Of a stretch of 64,000 nucleotides of DNA, positions 59,982 to 64,000 are shown piece by piece (the stretch's first letter is position 1; each line of letters starts with the position of its first letter). Below the pieces are notes generated by a model. It was not told where the DNA came from. It did not search any database and saw nothing but the letters and a program-made list of their open reading frames with translations. The DNA is taken from the IMG/VR virus record IMGVR_UViG_3300020020_000025; one strand, written 5' to 3'. Made by a program: the position numbers and the translations under genes. The DNA comes from a virus.

Positions 59982-61756
59982 CCCGTAGATAAGTCATCAG
60001 TTTCCGTCTCTGTCTGTACGTCTTCTCGTAGTTCTTCTCCTGGTTCTTGTACTTTGGCCTCCTTAACTTCGCCAGTAGGCGATCTCGCTCCGTTCGTATG
60101 CGCTTGGGCATCTTTCCTTCTCGCCACAATAAAGCCTTTGAACTGAGGATGAAGGTTCTGCAGGTTCATTCCCTTATTGAAGATCGTCTGTGACGATGAC
60201 AGTCGTCCTGTCCATGTTCCTCGAGGATTCCAGCTACATCGAAGCATCATGTCGGGATCAAGCTCGACCTCGAGATATGTCCCTTTGAGCTTTCGGAGAG
60301 ATCGAACTTCCTGTGTTAGCTTGGCCTCCTTGGCCCCAGGCCCGCCCTTGCGGACGATCCGAGACATGGCTTTGTCATCAGTGGTGATACCGCCTCTTGC
60401 CTTAGTGTAGGCCTTAAGGCCCAGTGTCTCATAGAAGTACTTGGCGCACTGGGCAGGCGACGAGACGTTGAAATCCCATTCAGCGGCTTCCCGGAGTTCA
60501 GCCTCCTTAGCAGCCAATTCCTGTTCGATTTGGGCCTTCGTAGCCCCGAGGCCTTCCAGATCCACTTCTAGACCACGAGCCGACATATACGTAAGCGGGC
60601 CGGCCAATCTGACGGTTCTGTTGTAAGTGGGCCAATAGCCTCCAGCTGTCATTTCCTCCGATAATACGTCCCACGCTTCTAGCGCTACACATGCGTCTCG
60701 GCCACAGTATCGCTGAAACTGCTCCCACTCGATGTTGGGGTTCTTCCATATCTTGCCATCATCCTTCCAGTAAGGCTCCCGTGTATGCACGCTCGCGATA
60801 AAGTCCAGACCTTTCCTAAAATCAGGATACAGGACGTGCTGGGCAATCATAGGATCGCCAAGTTTGCCCTTCGTGTGGATATGATTCTTGTTAAACAGGT
60901 ATGGTGCATCAAAGCCCACCAGGTTCTGGTTGATCTTCTCGATCTCAGGATCACTCATCAAGGCCGCATAGTTCTGCCATACCCTAATCTCATCATCTTC
61001 TTCCCAATAGGGCACCGTGCCTGGCCACTGCATATCCCCCACGAGGGGAACAGTCATGGCCTCTTCTTTGTCGCACGAGAGACTAAAGCAGCTAATCTGC
61101 TCATTAACGACTTCAAGATCAGTCGCTACGCGACCGACCTCTCGGCACTTATGGATATACTGGTAGAAATCGTAGTATGTTGGCCTGACATGCAGAGTCC
61201 GCTTTGGCAACAGCAGTTCGGGACTATCCAGTTCGCCCTGGATCTTCTTCATGTCCCCTATTATCATGTAGCGCCACAAATAGACGCCGTGGATTGTTGC
61301 TGCTGGATGGATAGTCGGAATGTACTTTTTCTTGACTCGATCGCTCCATAAGGGGCTGCCTCGCCACTTCATGATGGGCTTCTTGTGATCGTCCATCAGC
61401 AGTTCCATAGCCTGAGTCCCCATGCTCAAGATGGCATTGCACTTCGAGGCCATGATCCGACGTAATGTAGGAACAGCGGCATCCAGGCCATATGCAGTAA
61501 AACCCTTGCTCACTGTCCATACCTGTTCTCCGTCCATAGAGAAATTTCCGGCCTTGTCCTTATCTATGGGCTTAGGCCAGATGTTGAGAATATAGCAATT
61601 GCGCCGTATAAGGCCAGCAGCGTGGAGACAGTCCATAAAAACGTCCCCACTAGGACCAACCAGCGGCCTACCAAGCCGCATCTCGACTCTTGCGGGAGCC
61701 TCCGCCAGGACCAAAAGGGGCGCATTGGGATCGCCTTCTTCAGAAGGAGTTGCCAT
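59978..61756 (-). CDS. polA: Repeat copy: UDG-exonuclease-PolA N-terminal half
   Basis: Identical to 13584-15362. Confidence 0.9.
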   Translation of the reverse strand: MATPSEEGDPNAPLLVLAEAPARVEMRLGRPLVGPSGDVFMDCLHAAGLIRRNCYILNIWPKPIDKDKAGNFSMDGEQVWTVSKGFTAYGLDAAVPTLRRIMASKCNAILSMGTQAMELLMDDHKKPIMKWRGSPLWSDRVKKKYIPTIHPAATIHGVYLWRYMIIGDMKKIQGELDSPELLLPKRTLHVRPTYYDFYQYIHKCREVGRVATDLEVVNEQISCFSLSCDKEEAMTVPLVGDMQWPGTVPYWEEDDEIRVWQNYAALMSDPEIEKINQNLVGFDAPYLFNKNHIHTKGKLGDPMIAQHVLYPDFRKGLDFIASVHTREPYWKDDGKIWKNPNIEWEQFQRYCGRDACVALEAWDVLSEEMTAGGYWPTYNRTVRLAGPLTYMSARGLEVDLEGLGATKAQIEQELAAKEAELREAAEWDFNVSSPAQCAKYFYETLGLKAYTKARGGITTDDKAMSRIVRKGGPGAKEAKLTQEVRSLRKLKGTYLEVELDPDMMLRCSWNPRGTWTGRLSSSQTIFNKGMNLQNLHPQFKGFIVARRKDAQAHTNGARSPTGEVKEAKVQEPGEELREDVQTETETDDLSTG

Positions 61757-62276
61757 CTTCGATTTCCTTTAGAAGGATAGCTATATCTCCAGCTCCCAAC
61801 TTGTCCAGAGGAGAGTTAGGTTTTAATATATACTTACCTCGCGAAGATAATGGAATACCATTCGATTGATCTTCTCTAACTTCTTCCATCGATTCCTCTA
61901 CAATATTAGCTTTTCCATCATCCCTAAAACCTCGGCTTATCTCGGCTAGATAATATTCATACAAGGGCAAGGTGCCTCGAACGTTGCCATATCTGTCAGC
62001 TAATACTACCATAAAACTATAACCAAAGTCAAGCTCGTCAAGGCGGACATGCAAATTCATATATGCCTCTAATTTCTCGACGCTAAGAGGACTAGTATCC
62101 TCTATCTCAAACACTAGAATATTACCATGCTCATGATCTACATAGTATCCATCTGGAAGATAAGATCCAAACAGATGCTCCATTAAAAGATTTCCTAGAG
62201 TTTTGCGAAAGTTCTTTCTTTCAAGTTTTGGAAACTTGATTTTTAGAGCTTCAAAAGCTCTGGCTTCTAACCTCAC
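61740..62276 (-). CDS. Repeat copy: AT-rich PD-(D/E)XK-like nuclease
   Basis: Identical to 15346-15882. Confidence 0.5.
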   Translation of the reverse strand: MRLEARAFEALKIKFPKLERKNFRKTLGNLLMEHLFGSYLPDGYYVDHEHGNILVFEIEDTSPLSVEKLEAYMNLHVRLDELDFGYSFMVVLADRYGNVRGTLPLYEYYLAEISRGFRDDGKANIVEESMEEVREDQSNGIPLSSRGKYILKPNSPLDKLGAGDIAILLKEIEDGNSF

Positions 62277-62473
62277 TTCTTTTGTCCTCCTTGTCTGATG
62301 CAGCGGATGAGCTCTATGGAGAGCTCGTTTGGAACTTTCTTGGCCATATCCTTCAGCTGGAGCGAAGTCTCCTGACAGGTCCGCATGTCCCTAAAGTGAA
62401 TGAGTATGGTCTTCTGCCATATCATCACTGGGACGCCGAACTTCACGACGATATATAGAGTCACAAAGTCCAT
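62273..62473 (-). CDS. Repeat copy: hypothetical protein
   Basis: Identical to 15879-16079. Confidence 0.55.
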   Translation of the reverse strand: MDFVTLYIVVKFGVPVMIWQKTILIHFRDMRTCQETSLQLKDMAKKVPNELSIELIRCIRQGGQKK

Positions 62474-62736
62474 TACTCTGCGGTCCTTAAGGTGTGCGAC
62501 ATAGCGCCCATCTTGCATCGGGTGCAGAAGCGCTCGCCGCCGTTCTCTATCTCCCGCCAGCCCTCCCAATTGTGTTCGCAGGGACCCTCTGGACAGGCGC
62601 AGTAACAGGCATTCCAATCGAAGTTGTGATGGAGAACGCCCTTGATGTTCATTTTCTTGGCAACCTCTTCCAGTTCTTCACGAACCTTGATGTTGCGTTC
62701 CTTGCGAAGGGCTTCAAAGTCAGGTTTTCCGGCCAT
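62473..62736 (-). CDS. Repeat copy: Cys-rich protein
   Basis: Identical to 16079-16342. Confidence 0.65.
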   Translation of the reverse strand: MAGKPDFEALRKERNIKVREELEEVAKKMNIKGVLHHNFDWNACYCACPEGPCEHNWEGWREIENGGERFCTRCKMGAMSHTLRTAE

Positions 62737-64000
62737 ACTCTTTCTCCTTGTCTTCCGTTATGCGCTTGAGGAAACTCTCCTTATGATCGTCCGAGAGGTC
62801 CCAGCCTATACCTGTGTGTTGGAGGCGATAGGCTGCCCGCAATGTCACCCCTGAGCCCAAGAAGGGGATTAGGATATGACTGCCGGGATCGAGGCACAGA
62901 TTGAGTATCTCCTCCATAAGGACCAAGGGCTTCTCAGTGGGATGATCCTTCTTGGCCAGTGCTGGATAGTTGAAGACGTTGCCTCGTCCCTGTCGAGGTA
63001 GTTTGGGCTGGCCCTTGCGGGCCAAGAAGAATGGTTCATAAGCTGAGCCCAAGGTCGTCTCAGGAGCCGCTGTCTGACCTCCCATTTCGCCCTTGACCCA
63101 GACAGCCGGTATATCAGGCACGCCGAAGCCTACGTCACGCAAGGTTGTAAGAACCATGTGGTGCCAAGACATGCCGTACCAGAACACCGCAAAGGCGTTA
63201 GGTCGAAGACGATCGTAGACAAGAGTGCATAACTGCCTAAAAGCGACTGGGAAACCCTTGTTATCCCACTCGAAATACTGGTCCATTGGACTTCCATCGG
63301 TGTTCCTCGATTTGCGCTTATCTAGATCAACGCCATAAGGAGGATCAACCTCAGCGAAGTGAAAGAGATCACCTTTCATCTGGGTCATCTCTTGCATGGC
63401 ATCACCTATTAGATAATGATCGCTGGCATAGTCGACAGCCCGCTTGATATGGTCAGGCACTAGATCTCGTGCCCGCTTTAGAGCAACCTTTTCCTCCAGC
63501 TTCTTTACGTCCTTCCATGCAGCATCTTCCGTTTCCATTTCCTCAAGGGCAAGTTCAGGAGCCTCCTCCATTGTCTTAGCAATTTCAAGGGCCCTATGAG
63601 TATTGCTCTTATCTCTCCCTACAAGAAGAGCATGTTTCTCCTTTGTCCATCCCTTGGGATTGGTCGTAGGTTCCCATTCCCCATATTGAGCTATCTTCAG
63701 GTTCCATATCTTCAATTCTAGTTTAGCTCTTTCGTGCCATTCAAGATCTTTCCGAGCTACATTTTCAATCAACTCAATTTCAAGGCTATTCGCTTCGCCA
63801 TTTATTGGACGTACTATAGCCTTAATAGTGTCTAGCCCAAGCAGTCGATGAGCGAGATACCGACGTTCACCGGCCACCAACTTAAGATCAGTATCTAGCG
63901 TAATAGGTTGAATAAGGCCATGCTGCTTGATGGCTATTGCTAGACCTTCGATATCTCCCTTATCCTCGCGTGCTCGGTCTTTGACCTTTATTTGGTCAAG
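62720..64000 (-). CDS. Repeat copy: ParB-methyltransferase fusion (5' end cut by window)
   Basis: Matches 16326-17606; the start would fall at 64021. Confidence 0.85.
   Translation of the reverse strand, partial: LDQIKVKDRAREDKGDIEGLAIAIKQHGLIQPITLDTDLKLVAGERRYLAHRLLGLDTIKAIVRPINGEANSLEIELIENVARKDLEWHERAKLELKIWNLKIAQYGEWEPTTNPKGWTKEKHALLVGRDKSNTHRALEIAKTMEEAPELALEEMETEDAAWKDVKKLEEKVALKRARDLVPDHIKRAVDYASDHYLIGDAMQEMTQMKGDLFHFAEVDPPYGVDLDKRKSRNTDGSPMDQYFEWDNKGFPVAFRQLCTLVYDRLRPNAFAVFWYGMSWHHMVLTTLRDVGFGVPDIPAVWVKGEMGGQTAAPETTLGSAYEPFFLARKGQPKLPRQGRGNVFNYPALAKKDHPTEKPLVLMEEILNLCLDPGSHILIPFLGSGVTLRAAYRLQHTGIGWDLSDDHKESFLKRITEDKEKEYGRKT

Larger units (their letters stand above)
46395..64000. repeat. 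Second copy (wrap-around) of 1-17606
   Basis: Offset 46,394; runs to the window end. Confidence 0.97.

Noticed and set aside
46395-64000. 17.6-kb direct terminal repeat or biological tandem duplication
   Set aside because: The repeat simply runs to the window edge and cuts a gene; wrap-around of a circular assembly is the simpler explanation.

Overview
The window holds one complete ~46.4-kb dsDNA phage genome plus a wrap-around. The sequence repeats with a period of 46,394 nt, so 46395-64000 re-reads 1-17606. The virion module (TerL, portal, scaffold, capsid, adaptor, nozzle, two tail fibres, ejection proteins; no tape measure or sheath) indicates a podovirus-type phage. An Omp25/RopB-like gene and several small gene families suggest an alphaproteobacterial host, probably Hyphomicrobiales (inference). 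No integrase, tRNA or CRISPR array was seen. The leftward arm encodes a P4/D5-type helicase with no primase domain, a Cas4-like nuclease/Sak4-like ATPase/SSB module, a ParB-methyltransferase fusion and a family A DNA polymerase. A separate accessory block carries a class II ribonucleotide reductase and the outer-membrane protein. Main findings: (1) the UDG-fused PolA is split cleanly just before motif A into two genes, with the GH25 endolysin and a DUF6378-like gene between them, and has His at the E. coli 762-equivalent position; (2) the early operon contains a type II hammerhead ribozyme, an unassigned four-way-junction RNA with complementary loops, and other structured spacers; (3) an Acb2-like cyclic-nucleotide sponge; (4) an ejection-cluster protein with an ADP-ribosyltransferase-like domain; (5) a 27-bp quasi-palindromic element present twice at promoters. 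All protein family calls are by eye from motifs; no database searches or folding programs were run.
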